A DNA stretch of 64,000 nucleotides from Eledone cirrhosa (Eukaryota): contig OZ024757.1 in NCBI GenBank assembly GCA_964016885.1, forward strand, positions 13,268,001 to 13,332,000, in the 5' to 3' direction. Positions within the stretch are counted from its first letter, which is position 1, and every line of letters begins with the position of its first letter. The notes beneath the pieces were generated by a model. The model searched no databases. It was not told where the DNA came from and was given only the letters and a program-made list of their open reading frames with translations. The position numbers and the translations under genes are program-made. Positions 29,123 to 42,541 of this stretch are shown here, piece after piece.

Positions 29123-29312
29123 AGGGCGGTGGATTGGCAGTATCGGTATCGGATGCAATGTTTTGCAGCATAGTCATGGCCCTTTACGGTCTGAGTTTAA
29201 ATCCCACCGAGGGTAACTTTGCCTTTCATCCTTATCAGGTTAATAAAATAAAGCACTAGTAATGCACTGGGGTAATTGCTTGCCTTGTGCCAAAAATAGA
29301 AACAATTATTAT
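29123..29312 (+). mobile_element. tRNA-derived SINE, abundant family; other copies at 40185-40350, 53468-53578, 58545-58650 (-) and 61655-61847
   Basis: GGCGGTGGATTGGCAG head, GAGTTTAAATCC B-box, conserved AACTTTGCCTTTCATCC..ATAAAATAAAG body and CCTTGTGCCAAAA.TAGAAACAATTAT tail. Confidence 0.85.
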
Positions 29313-29544
29313 TAGTACAAATGAAAGGTTTAAGCAAAATATCTCTGCTTCCACCGTCAGCAGGATCATCTGAAACTGAGAAAAATGTTTGATGCCACTT
29401 AGAGCAAAAGCAGAGACATTTGGCTTAAACTTTTAATCTGTACTAATAATAAATATTTGCTCCATGGTTTTAAACATATATATATATTGATTTAAAACTG
29501 CACTATCCACAAGTGTTTTTTAGCCTTCATATCATGTTCTCCTG

Positions 29545-29611
29545 TTTTATCTGATGAAAAGACAAATATTATTGCATGATGATGTTTGTTTTTGAAATGC
29601 GCATAATAAAA
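29545..29611 (+). ncRNA. Type I hammerhead ribozyme motif
   Basis: ttttat-CTGATGA-stem II (aaagacaaatat/atgtttgttttt)-GAAA-tgcgca-TA-ataaaa. All three stems pair; stem III is palindromic (ATGCGCAT). Confidence 0.85.
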
Positions 29612-29643
29612 TACATGGAACTCCTTTAACCATCTTTTGATCT

Positions 29644-29692
<49 letters not shown>

Positions 29693-29742
29693 AGAGTATT
29701 GAAGTTTGCTTGAAGCATTGTGGAACAATAAGTAAATATCTT

Positions 29743-30091
29743 TAAGTCGTTTGGAAGCCTCGACAATGCAAATGGGTAAATCTCCGGGTAACAAGGTCCG
29801 GTGGTGGAGAGAGATGTAAGTGGGTGTACGTTGAGATGCGTGGTGTGTATAAGATGTGTGAGATGTGTAGAATGAAGGGAAGAGTATAAAGGATAAAATT
29901 AAAATAACAACACAAGAGAGAGTTACCTTGGGAGAGATTTAATAGTCCCTATATATTTCGGATTCACATCATCAACTAGGTTTTTTTACACACCACGCAT
30001 CTCAACGTACACCCACTTACATCTCTCTCTCCACCACCGGACCTTGTTACCCGGAGATTTACCCATTTGCATTGTCGAGGCTTCCAAACGA

Positions 30092-30095
<4 letters not shown>
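29743..30095. repeat. Fold-back inverted repeat (arms of about 107 bp, 29743-29849 / 29987-30095) next to (TA)n
   Basis: TAAGTCGTTTGGAAGCCTCGAC... is the reverse complement of ...GTCGAGGCTTCCAAACGACTTA. Confidence 0.92.
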
Positions 30096-30174
<79 letters not shown>

Positions 30175-30214
30175 GATATTAATAAATGGAAACTATATTT
30201 ATAAAACCATATCT

Positions 30215-30277
30215 ATTTTATTATACATATTTCAAGGATACCATGTTAAATTATGGTATGCTTTCATCAGACAAAAT
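30215..30277 (-). ncRNA. Type I hammerhead ribozyme motif (paralogue at 40965-41030)
   Basis: Minus strand attttgt-CTGATGA-aagcataccat/atggtatcctt-GAAA-tatgta-TA-ataaaat. Confidence 0.8.
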
Positions 30278-30434
30278 ACAATATATACCAGTTTTATAAA
30301 TAAATATTGACATACCCTTTCAAAATGCAACCGTTTGTTTATCTTAGTAAGTCGTTGTGTTAAGGAGAAGGAAAAAGAGAGAGAAAAACCGAGAGAGAGA
30401 AATGTGGAGAAAGAAAGGGAGAGATAAAGAAGAA

Positions 30435-30596
30435 GAAAAAAGAAAAAAGAAAAAAGAAAAAAGAAAAAAGAAAAAAGAAAAAAGAAAAAAGAAAAAAGAA
30501 AAAAGAAAAAAGAAAAAAGAAAAAAGAAAAAAGAAAAAAGAAAAAAGAAAAAAGAAAAAAGAAAAAAGAAAAAAGAAAAAAAGAAAAAAGAAAAAC
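30435..30596. repeat. (GAAAAAA)n simple repeat
   Basis: Seen directly. Confidence 0.95.
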
Positions 30597-31642
30597 AAGA
30601 GAGATATCAAAACACCAGACAGAGAGAAAAAATCAAGAGAGAGAAATATAGAGATAGAGATGGGGAGAGAACGAAAACCTTAAGTCATGTCATATTAAGT
30701 TAAGTTAACAATTGAGATGAAATGAATAAATAAAATTAGAAATATTAATATTCATGAATGGAATATACATATATAATATTAGAAATTAATCATTGTTTAA
30801 CTATGATTAGATATTTAGTTAAAAATTGAGATCAATATATTAAAAATTGGAATTTAAACATTACGAAATATATATATTGCTAGAGAAATTACCTATCATA
30901 TAGCACGTACACACACGTAAAAATACACATAAATATATATATATACACACTCAGAAAATACACATTATATCTACTCCCGTATATAATATATACATACAAA
31001 GCATAAATGATTTTTTTTTATTAATGTTATACATCCCTTGTGTTATTAATATTTAAAATGTAGTATAATTAATTAAGTAATTTGGTTAATATATGAAACC
31101 TGTCGATAAATCATTAGATTCCTTCACCTTTTTCATTTTTTGGGGTTAAATACTCAAGTATAAATAAATTTTCTTCCTAAATATAAATATAAATATAATA
31201 AACTATTCTAGAGAAATATATTGAGAGCTCTTGAAAGGAGAAAATATTTCCTATTTCTTATATTTTTTATATTTTTCATATTTTTTATTTTTTATATTTT
31301 TTTATATTTTATTTGTTTTTTATTAGTTTTGTTTTTATTCTGATAGCTTCTCATAATTTTCGAAAGTTTATCCTTTCAATATCTGGAGTAAAATATACGT
31401 AAGATAAATTTCTATTAAACATATTATTTTAACTTAAAATATTCTATAATATTTTAAAATATTTTAATATTTTAATATTTTAGAATTCTTTTGTTTTTTA
31501 AGTTATATTGATATAATTATATTTCCAAAATATAATCCTTTTGTATTTTATGTACTCAATTATACTATGTAATATATTGATGTATACTTATCTCTATACG
31601 ACTATGTATGTATATATGTGTATTAACATACATATACATGTG

Positions 31643-32249
<607 letters not shown>

Positions 32250-32329
32250 ATAAAACCCTTATCGAGTCCTCTTTGGATTTGAGTTTTTGTATTTATTGTT
32301 ACTCTCTCTATATATATATATAGAGAGAG

Positions 32330-32400
32330 AGTGTCCCCAAAATGTATGCACACTTTTATTAGAATGCTGTTGAATTGTGTATACAATTTTGGGGCACACT
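32330..32400. mobile_element. Tiny TIR relic (possible Tc1/mariner-like MITE)
   Basis: AGTGTCCCCAAAATGTATGCACA ... TGTGTATACAATTTTGGGGCACACT, imperfect terminal inverted repeats. Confidence 0.45.
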
Positions 32401-32418
32401 ATTTGTGTGTGTATATAT

Positions 32419-32477
<59 letters not shown>

Positions 32478-32478
<1 letters not shown>

Positions 32479-32985
32479 TTCGTTTTTTAATTTGTTTTGA
32501 AAGATTTCTCGTCTGAAAGCGTGTGTTGAAACATATTGTTATACTTAGGGAGGGTCATGCTACCAATAAAAACGCACGCACCTGTTGGTTTTAACTTCAA
32601 TTTATTATAAATTTCCAATTGGTTGGTTCAATAACTGTATTGTTGTTCATATATTGTCAAAGCTCTTTCATCACACATTCTGTGACCTCCTCAGTTATTG
32701 ACTTCTTATTTTGTGCCTCTCCTTTGTTCTGACCTACACCATCTTGTTTTTGTGTGTTGTGTGCTGTGTACATGGTTTGTGCATGCGTTACATCCGGGTG
32801 TGTGCGTGTTTTGATTTATTTATTTATGTGTTTATTTACTTGTCACTAGTTGGTTGTTTGTTCTATCTCTGTGTGTCTGTATATCTTCATTTTGTGTTCG
32901 TTTATATTTGTTGCCTCTGTGATTTGTCTGAACATTGCATCTTTTCTGTGTGTGGATATAATTTTTATCTTTATGTTCTCTAATG
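32478..32985 (-). mobile_element. 3' end of a Penelope-like element: GIY-YIG C-terminal relic plus hammerhead-bearing 3' UTR
   Basis: Minus ORF IKIISTHRKDAMFRQITEATNINE matches the 59331 ORF. Hammerhead CTGAGGA-ggtcacag/tgtgat-GAAA-gagcTT at 32656-32702. UTR homologues at 49390-49630 and 51850-52155. Confidence 0.75.
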
Positions 32986-33204
32986 TGCACCTATGTTTCA
33001 TTTTGTCAGGATCTAGCTGGAATTTGTCTCCGTTGCCTCTGCTTTCAAACTTACATTTAAACACTTTCTTGAATTGGAGAATAACATTGGTAGTCATGGT
33101 AGCAGTGAGACGTCAACGTACTGTCTCCAACACTACAAACTACAAGTGACTCAGAGTTACTTCCCTTAGCGTGTGTTAAAATAAAAACACGATGCCTTTC
33201 ATGT

Positions 33205-33606
33205 GGTATGGAGGGCGTTTCAGATCCAACTGGAACTCCTTTCTGCTACCTCTGAAAGTTGTTCTCTAGCTCCAACCTCTATGGTTAGAACTTTGACAAC
33301 TTTGACTTGGAAGTCGGCTTCCCTCAGGTTGTTGGTCAAACTGGCGTATTTTTCAGTCACAAATAAATATGCTTATTTTAATCTACTTTCAAATGGTTCG
33401 GTAAGTTCAACCAAAATCAGCTGTTTTAATGAACTGGAATCGGCTATGATATCTGGCCTCAAACCAGACTTTCTAATGATTTCTGGTTTTGCTGACCCTA
33501 GGAGGTCTGCTGTACACTTCCAGTCATCCACATCCCCCAGAAGATCCAATACCTGTGCCCTGTATGGCATAGCTGTTCCTGGCCAGGATTTGCTGCCTCC
33601 TGCCAT
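33205..33606 (-). pseudogene. Restriction-like endonuclease (RLE) domain relic of a HERO/NeSL-like non-LTR retrotransposon
   Basis: DWKCTADL..LRPDII..KQLILVELTEPFE. After a stop the frame continues EKYASL..IEVGAR..AERSSSWIW, giving the PD-(D/E)xK RLE signature. Confidence 0.75.
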
Positions 33607-33657
33607 TTAATTTTAATATATATATATATATAAATCAAATTTAGTTTAATACATTTA

Positions 33658-33708
33658 ATTGCTGACAATTGTTTCTTACAGACGAATGTCTGGAATCATC
33701 AGGGCATA
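33658..33708 (-). ncRNA. Type I hammerhead ribozyme motif (GUC site)
   Basis: Minus strand tgcc-CTGATGA-ttccagac/gtctgtaa-GAAAC-AATT-GTC-agca. Palindromic stem III; one mismatch in stem I. Confidence 0.65.
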
Positions 33709-34016
33709 CACAATGTTTAAACAGGTAATTAAAATCCTAGTCTTCAGAACATTGATAAAGATACGTAACTATTGTCAGTGTCAGTGACATCATATTGAAA
33801 AGCAGGAGTTACAAAAAGATGTTAGGTTACAACAGTATGTGGAGCAATGGTGAAAAGTGAAATATTGAGCATATTATATATAAAGATATTATTTAAGCTA
33901 ATACATGTGCAAAAGAAGCAAAAGATGGTGTTAGAGAAGATAAAAGATATCATGGCATTGAAAAGCAGGTAATGTTAAGGGTATATAATGCAAAAGTTAA
34001 TAATACATATCGAACA

Positions 34017-35330
34017 TGGCCATTTCCTTGACGGAATCAGAGTTTTGTCCTCTTTTCTACTTATCAGCACTTTTGTCTTAGCTAGGTTCACTCTCAGTCC
34101 TCTTGATTCCAACTGCTGTTTCCATAATTTATCCTCTAGCTCCTCTACTTACTGATTCTACTATAAGAACCAGATCGTCAGCATAGAGAAGTTCCCATGG
34201 GCAGTCAGTCTTAAACTCCTTTGTTATGGCTTGGAGGACTATAAGAGCGGGATGAGGACCGAACCCTGATGTACTCCTACTTGTATCTGGAATTCCTCAC
34301 TAAACTCCATTCCTACCCTGACTTTACTGAGAGTACCTCTGTACATAGCTTGCACTGTCCTCACAAGCCATTCCTCTACACCTAGTTTCCTTAGGGACCA
34401 CCAGATGACAGATCGGGGTACCCTATTAAAGGCCTTCTCTAGGTCAACAAAAGCTAAGTATAGTAGCTTATTATTCTCTAAGAACCTCTCTTGTAGTTGC
34501 CTCACTATGAAGAGGGCATCTGTTGTACTTTTCCCAGGCACAAAACCAAACTGCATCTCATCTAGTTTGACCCTTTCTCTAATTAGTTGTGTTAGTATTC
34601 TTTCTGCCACTTTCATTAGTTTTATGCCCCTATAATTGCTCGTCTCCAGAGCATCCCTTTTACCTTTGTAGCAATAAGTCTTTGAGTATGACACCACCAT
34701 ATATAACTTGATTGATGATGCATGCAACCAGTTATTTTACCTACTCCTCCTTCAGCATCTCAGCAACTATCTCCGACGTTCCAGCTGCCTTACCTTTTTT
34801 AATTTCCTTAATTGACTCTTGGACCCTATATTCGTCAATCTCAATAGCTAGTCCCTCTGTCGGGTTTACCGGGGGTAGTTTCTCTCCCATTCATTCTCCA
34901 CATTCATCAGTCTCTCATAATGACATTTGCAGGCCTCCTTTTTCTGATCATTAGTGACACTAAGTACACCATCATCATTTCGGACACATTTATCTCCAAC
35001 AACATCCTGATTTTCACTGACACACTGCCTTGCAATGCGGAACACCGCACATCTCTGATCTTCCCATCGCAGAATATTGGCAACAATATTCTCAGCCTCC
35101 GTGCGTGCTAAGTACACCTGACGCTTAGCTTCTCTCTTAGCGGCTGTGTATCGGTCTCTACTCCCACCCTATTTCCAAGCATTCCATGCTAGTCTTTTGT
35201 GCCTTATCTACCGTGTTGTTCCACCACCAGGTCACTCTCTGTCTGGTCGGAGCTCTGCTCCAGCCACAAGTTTCTTCAGTAGCCTGCAGTAAGTTGTCAC
35301 GTAAGAAATTCTAGTTATCATCTATTGTTT
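34017..35330 (-). pseudogene. Degenerate RTE LINE ORF (linker region and RT)
   Basis: YKGKRDALETSNYRGIKLM, QFGFVPGKSTTDA, AFVDLEKAFNRVPR, VGVHQGSVL, then CPWELLYADDL downstream. Upstream TWWWNN and YLARTEAE segments. Frameshifts and deletions present. Confidence 0.9.
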
Positions 35331-35342
35331 ATTTTGTAATTT

Positions 35343-35374
<32 letters not shown>

Positions 35375-35540
35375 CATGTTAGTTAGGTGTGTAGCTACAG
35401 TAACAGGCGGTGTGATATATATATATATATATGTGTTAGGTGTGTAGTTACAGTAACAGGCAGTATGCTGTATAAAGCACTCAATACTGTTACGAGGTCC
35501 ATCTCATGTTGTTCTCCACAGTTAAGGCTGCTTTAGGGTG

Positions 35541-35775
35541 TAGAGTGTAAATAGATTAAGTAGAATCCAAGTCAGTGTTGCAACAGATGTACAAACTTTA
35601 TTGATATATTACAATTGTTTTGATATTGATCATCTCAGGGTAGAGTCATGAGGAGATATCAAGGAAGAGTCAGGTCTCGTCATCAGTCCTGAGCTGATCG
35701 ATATTGAAACAATTGTAATATGCCAATCAAATTTGTACATATGCTGCAACACTGACTTTGATTTTACTTACTCTA
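35541..35775. repeat. Imperfect fold-back inverted repeat
   Basis: AAGTCAGTGTTGCAAC..GTACAAA..TTACAATTGTTT..CTCAGG vs CCTGAG..AAACAATTGTAA..TTTGTAC..GCTGCAACACTGACTT. Confidence 0.8.
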
Positions 35776-36044
35776 GCAAAAGTAAAACTATGTACTCAAA
35801 GCTCAAATGTATGTAGAGAATTATATATGATAGTTTATAATTGTCACATATTTTCAGAATTAGCTCTGAATATGGTGAAGTACAAATACATATATATAAT
35901 TTTGTATGTACAGATCTTGATTATACGAATTTTCACCTAAGATTATTCGAATAATTTGATGTACAACTCTCTTGAAACATGTGTAAAGAATTAAAAATGA
36001 TTTAAAAGATAATTTTTCCATCTGTATGTTTGATTATATATATA

Positions 36045-36618
36045 CTAGCTGAGGTACCCAGCTTTGCCCAGGAGAACAGTTAAGGGAAGACGGATAAAAG
36101 AGAAAACAACTGTATTGGATGTGTTGTCTAGTTTACAGTATGAAGTGAGACCATAATGTGTGTGTGTGAGAGAGAGATAAAAAAAAAAACAATAATAAAA
36201 CTTCCTTATTAGGCTGGGGCAGTAAACTGCCGGTTAAATGGTAGCATTGGCTTTGGATTTTAAATGTTGTGAAACAACCATAATCAGTATGATCTTTTTC
36301 AGCTCCAAAGGACCCCATCTGAAACACAGCAATATACCACATAACATTGCTTCTGAAGTGTTTAGCTTCGTTAGTATGGACTGTAAGTAGTATAGAGATA
36401 AAAGCTGGAGGGTTCTCTATGAGTGGATGTCTGACCTTTCTTCCTAAGCAACACATGCTAAGTGTAATATCCATGCTACCAATCGCAACTTTAGGATCAT
36501 TTCTATAATTCTTCGATGGATCATATGAAAACAGCTCTTAGCCAGTTTATTCTGCTTTGGAGAGTCATTTGTGATCGTATCTTTCTCTGTATAATGGCCT
36601 CTTTCTCTCTCTGTCTCC

Positions 36619-36683
<65 letters not shown>

Positions 36684-37344
36684 CCTCTGTCTTTCCCTTT
36701 CTCTTTTTAGGTGTGTGTGTGTGTTCGTTATCTCAGTCATCACAGAAGTGTATGTATACTCACACACACATATACACTCACATATACTCACATACATATA
36801 CTTGTCAGTCAGCACATATGTGTATGTGTGTGTAGATGTGTGTGTGTGATTAACTCTCTGTGCAACTTAGGCCTAACGTACCTAACGAACGCGCACACAC
36901 ACACACACACTCGCAGACACATACTCATTCATATCAAAATGTGACGTCTACACTCTCACATACACTCACACACATATACTTATCAGTCAACACATATGTA
37001 TATGATTGTGTAGATGCGTATGTGTGTTTCATTCTCTGAGGCCTAAAGTACGTAACAAACGCACAAACGCACACACACTCACAGACATACACACTCATAT
37101 ACAAAATGTGACGTCATTGTCGTGGTGGTGGTGGTATACAATGTCCTTTATTATAGTTGACCACTATAGAAAGATTATTTTAGATAAAATGTTATATTAT
37201 TTTAATAAAAATGAAAATAAAAATTACATGTTGACACTCCTGGGGTCTAATACTATTATCTTGTAAAATCTGATTTGATTTAGTTTGAGAATGCATAGGA
37301 AACAGACAAACAGACAGAGACAAAGAATGTTATACATATAGAGA
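36045..37344 (-). mobile_element. Internally deleted Helitron retaining a RepHel N-terminal relic
   Basis: 3' hairpin plus CTAG at 36045-36075 (minus strand) and 5' TC near 37344. ORF 36133-36474 (CC..RKVR..KHFRSN..AVFQMGSFGA..FKIQSQCYHLTGSLLP) is homologous to 38820-39260. Confidence 0.8.
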
Positions 37345-37478
37345 TACACACACATATATAATTGAAATAGAAGGCATTGCTGTAACGCTTTGAGTAAATA
37401 AAATAGTATACTAATAATGAGGCATATAAATCCACTCAATAGAAAAAATGGTTTATACACCCTTTTATCATTACCCTA

Positions 37479-40135
37479 TTAACCTGTTGACTGCCGCGTA
37501 TATTTTACAGTTACATTAACGTCATCAGCTTTTGTTCCTTTGGAGATAACTGGCAACATTTGACAGAAATCTCCTGCAAAAAGAACTGATACTCCTCCCA
37601 TGAGCATGCTATTGTTTTTTATGTCTTGGAGGGTATGGTCAAGTACATCTAGAGCTCCACTATGTGACATAGTGCACTCATTCCAAACAATGAAGCAAGT
37701 TCTTTGGAGAGCTGTTGCCAATGCTGAGCCTTTGGAAATGTTGCATATTGAGATTCTTTCATTACAAGGTAGAGGGAATTTGAACATGGAATCAGCAGTT
37801 CTTCCCCCATTGAGGAAGGTTGCTGCAATACCAGAGGATGCAACAGCTAAGGAAATTTGATTCTGCTGATGGACTGTAGCAAGAAGTAAATTCATTAGGA
37901 ATGTCTTTCCTGTACCATTCAATGGTGTACATATGACAAATAGTTGGTCCAAAAATGGCAATGTTTGTGTTGGGGATCAAACAAACCATTTTCTGACGAA
38001 ACACTTGCAATAATATTATGTCGATGATGGGGTTCTTGACCAGGAAGAAGGTTAGATTTTATTTCCTCCCATTTTGGATTGCAGGTAAAATTGATAGAAA
38101 GATCTGGTTTTCCATACGTCATAGCATCTTGTGTTTGTTCGAGCATATATCGAGGACCACCTGTGAATGATGATGGGAGGATTATGAGTTGCCCCGTGTT
38201 TTGAATATCACCATCTGTCCTCAGAGCATCTTGGAGATGAACATAATTTTCAGTCCTTAACTTTTTTTATTGTTACGAATGTAGAGGAGACGCTCCCTCT
38301 CAACTTTAACATACATATCAGCCAGGTATTGATGAAATAGATCACGATACATGTGTAATTGATTTAAGTGTTCTGGTCCTAACATCAGTAAGAATAGAAG
38401 TCACTTGATGACACCTTTTTGTTTGTAATTGGCTCACCTGTTGCAGGTTCAATCTGTGGAATATTGAAATGATAGCCATCTTGTCAATTCCACAAAATAA
38501 GAGGATACTGGAGAGCATCATAAGAGGGACGAGTCTCTGAAACACATTTAAAGTTGTTATCTCAAGCATGAATGAGAATATCACAATTTACATGGGGATC
38601 ACCTACCATAAGGATGGCTACTTCATTAGATGTGGGGTCATTGACGTACATGTTCACCATGATGTCGTTTGTCAACGCGGATAACAACTTGATAATCCCT
38701 TGAGGTTGTTGTTCAATAACTGTTTTAAAGGCTTGAACCAGAGCATTGTTTTCATGCAACATATTTTGCAATTGCTGAACAATGCTTATATCCAAATTTC
38801 TGAAGTTTTGACACCTCCTTCATGTTTGTTGTTCTACGTCACTCATAAAGTAAATTTGGAGGAACTTTTTTTGTTCATTTGTGGGCAACAGGGAACCAAT
38901 GAGGTGATAGATTTTCCCTTGAACTTTGAATGTTGGCATAAATCCATGTTTAACTATCTCCTTAGATGCACCAAATGATGTCATTTGAAATGCAGAGTTG
39001 TATTGTTTAATATTGTTCAGAAAATGCTTTGACTGGATGGAAGTGCCTTCCAGAATATCTATAAGATGTTGAGGAGGAGCTGATAGTTCTGGCAATCTTA
39101 CTTTACTGCCTGAGCAGCACATGCCCTTTGTTTCACTTGGAAATTTTAAAGCTTTGCAGAAATGACAATTTGAGTTTAGAACACCAACTTGAACAGAATT
39201 ATCATTTTTATAAGAATGGGATGGATCATATCTTAAAGCAGCTCCAGGAGTTGTGAACAACGAATTTGTTGATGGTCTGTTTCTGAGAGCTTTTCTATTG
39301 GACCTATGTCTAATCTGGTGTGTTAAATGTTGTTTTCATGATTCAGTATTAAGTGCTGTAGTGTGCCTTTATTTATCTTGGGAAAGCCTCATCTTCCTTC
39401 TCTCTTGAAACTTCATCTGACATGCTGCAGCATGCTTTTGCACATATGTATATGTATGTTTAGATGTGTGCGTGTGTGTGTGTGTGTGTTTAATAACATA
39501 CCTAATGAACGCGCAAACACACACACTTACAGACACATACATATTCATATAAAAAATGTGACGTTGAAGTCGTTGTGTTGTTTACTTAGTTGTCTATAGT
39601 AGTTTTAGATAAAGTGTTATATTGTTTTAATCAAAATGAAAATAAAAATTATCACATGCATTCTCACATACACTCTCACATGCACTTACACACACATACA
39701 CTCTCACATAGACTCACATACATATACTAAGACATGTTTACCCCCTCAGGGTAAACATTATAAACTTGTCAGTCAGCACATATACATATGTATGTGTAGA
39801 TGTGTGTGTTAAATTCTCTGTGTATGAAGATAATGGATATGCAACTTACTAAGGCCTAACGTACGTAACGAACGCGCAAACACACACACGCTCACAGACA
39901 CATACACACTCATATACAAAATATGACGTCATCATCATGGCGCTGGTATAAAATGTTGTTTACTTATAGAAAGATTATTTTAGATAAAATGTTATTATTT
40001 TAATCCAAATGAAAATAAAAATTACATATTGTTAATCCTGGGGTCTCATTGTAAAATTTGATTCGATTTAGTCGAACCGTTTGAGAATGCATAAGGAAAC
40101 AGACATACAGACAGAGAGACAAAGAATTTGATATA
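37479..40135 (-). mobile_element. Helitron RepHel pseudogene (Zn-finger/Rep plus PIF1-family helicase) with 5' subterminal region
   Basis: CHFCKALKF..MCCSG, YNSAFQMTSFGA, FKVQGKIYHLIGSLLP, GKPDL..FTCNPKW, YTIEW; helicase GTGKTF, VASSGIAA, GGRTA, GDFCQMLPV. Many frameshifts. 39770-40130 is homologous to 36790-37330. Confidence 0.92.
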
Positions 40136-40568
40136 CAGGGTGGTCGAAAGTCTTGTCACGCCAACATAATGTTTTAACTTTCATTATTGGATGCTATGCT
40201 TTGCAGCATAGAGTTACACCCCTTTACGGTCTGAATTCAAATTCCACCGAGGTTAACTTTGTCTTTCATCCTTACGGGGTCGATAAAATAAAGTACCAGT
40301 AATGCACTGCGATAATTGCTGCCCTTGTGCCAAAAGTAGAAACAATTATTTTTTGTTTTAATAATATAATTGTTTCTACTTTTGGCACAAGGCCGGCAAT
40401 TGTTTTAATAATATAATATATATCATACCAGTAATGTACTGGGTATTTGCTGGCCTTGTGCCTAAAGTAGAAACAATTATATATAATTATAATAATAATA
40501 TAATTACATATTATATATTATATAATATACATATATATATCATATAATATATATTATATAATATATAT

Positions 40569-40610
<42 letters not shown>

Positions 40611-40964
40611 ATATATATAATATATATTATACTAGCTCTAGGTTTAAACTATATATTTGATATATATTTATCCTTATCGAGCCTCGTGAAATAAATACGT
40701 TTGTTTATATTTTGTTATTGTGTATGCAAAAATATCTGTTCACGAATATATAATTATGTATATATATATTAAAATATAAACAAGGAGTTTTAGTGATTGT
40801 ACAGACAGAGACAAACAGACATTCTTTGTTTTAGTAATATAGATAATATATATTATATAATATACATATATATTATATGATATATATATATGTATTTTAT
40901 ATAATATATATAATATATATATACGATATTAAATCAATGGAAACTATATTTATAAAACCATATT

Positions 40965-41030
40965 TATTTCATTATATATATTTCAGGGATATCATATTAA
41001 CAATATGTTATGCCTTCTTCAGACAAAATA
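40965..41030 (-). ncRNA. Type I hammerhead ribozyme motif
   Basis: tattttgt-CTGAAGA-aggcataacatatt/aatatgatatccct-GAAA-tatata-TA-atgaaata. Stem II changes relative to the 30215 copy are compensatory. Confidence 0.8.
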
Positions 41031-41443
41031 CAATATAGACAGTTTTATAAATAAATAGATTTGACATACCGTTCAACATCGACTTGTATTTGAAAAGTTG
41101 ATTTGGCAGTTGTAACCCAACAATTTAAATATAACTTTCCACATATAATATATATATATATATTTATTAAAATAACAGATTAAAGTTTAAGCTTAAACTT
41201 TAATCTGTTATTTTAATAAATATTTGCTCTACGGTTCTTATATATTTGATATATATTTATCCTTATCGAGCCCTCTTTGGATTTTAGTCTTCAAATTTAT
41301 TATTATTACTATTATTATTAATATATATATATGTATATTATATAATATATATAGTATATATATATTATAATATAATATATATATATATTATATAATAGAT
41401 ATATACATAATAGATATATACATATTATAATATATATATTATA

Positions 41444-42519
41444 CTAGCAGTAAAACCCGGCGTTGCTCGGGGTCGCTCAGTAGCTGTGTTAAAGTTACAA
41501 TGTTAAGTTTCTTTTTTGGCTTAAAAACTGTAGTGTCTACTGTGCAGACTTGCATGTGGTGTTTTTGATTAATATTCTCTCAACCAACAATATGCCTTAT
41601 GAAGTTAAGAAAACATAACGATAACCCGAATGTTATAACAAAAGAGGATGCTGGGGATAAAAACTGCACTGGTTATTTATTAACAAAGATCGAAAATGTA
41701 AACACTGCAACGCAGAGAAAAACATTAGCGTAACCAAATTATCAGTTATGTCTGTCTGCACGCCTATATCACCTCTCTGCACGACTGTCTGTCTGCACGC
41801 CTGTATCACCTCTCTGCACGACTGTCTGTCTGCACGCCTATATCACCTCTCTGCAGGACTATCTGTCTGCACGCGTATATCACCTCTCTGCACGACTATC
41901 TGTCTGCACGCCTATATCACCTATCTGCACGACTGTCTGTCTGCACGCCTATATCACCTCTCTGCACGACTGTCTGTCTGCACGACTGTCTGTCTGCACG
42001 CCTAACGAAATTTACAGATACATATATTTTAAATAAACTTATATAATTTTTGCTTTTTTTTACGAAATATTTGATTGTTTTACGTAGTCTTTAAATAGAC
42101 TTGTTTTCAAGTAAAAATATTGTTTTAAAAGGCTTTTAAATGGAAATGAAGCAAAACGGAAGCTTAGTGTTCGAACTGATGAATTTTGCAGGTCAATATT
42201 TTGCTGGCTCGACAACTGTTCGTGTATTGTGTTAATGTCATTTTAAACGCTGAGAAAGCCAGCGTAATTTTTTACGTAAGACGCTCAATGTAAACAGAAC
42301 AAAGGGAAATAACTCATCACTTACGCTCAAAAATCGATACATTATATTCGATTTCGTCAGATAGGGCGGGTCAATTTGAAATATTTTTTTTCCGATGTCT
42401 TTGCTAGGGCTCAATGTACAAGTATAGCAATTTCGGTGCAATTCCGTGAGAGATTCTAAGAGGAGATGTGTGCCAAAAATCGAAAGACAGACAGACAACC
42501 TCAGTTTTATATATATAGA
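41444..42519 (-). mobile_element. Complete non-autonomous Helitron
   Basis: Minus strand A|TCTATATATATAAAACTGAGG ... CCCGAGCAACGCCGGG hairpin ... CTAG|T; AT target, no target-site duplication. Confidence 0.9.
41748..42003. repeat. 37-bp minisatellite (about 6.5 copies) inside the Helitron
   Basis: Unit TGTCTGTCTGCACGCCTATATCACCTCTCTGCACGAC. Confidence 0.92.
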
Positions 42520-42541
42520 TAACATATATATATAAAATATA

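Noticed and set aside
31060-31560. Possible very decayed PLE endonuclease tail upstream of the 30215 hammerhead (KKVKES..LSTGF on the minus strand)
   Set aside because: Too AT-rich and degenerate to distinguish from chance by eye.
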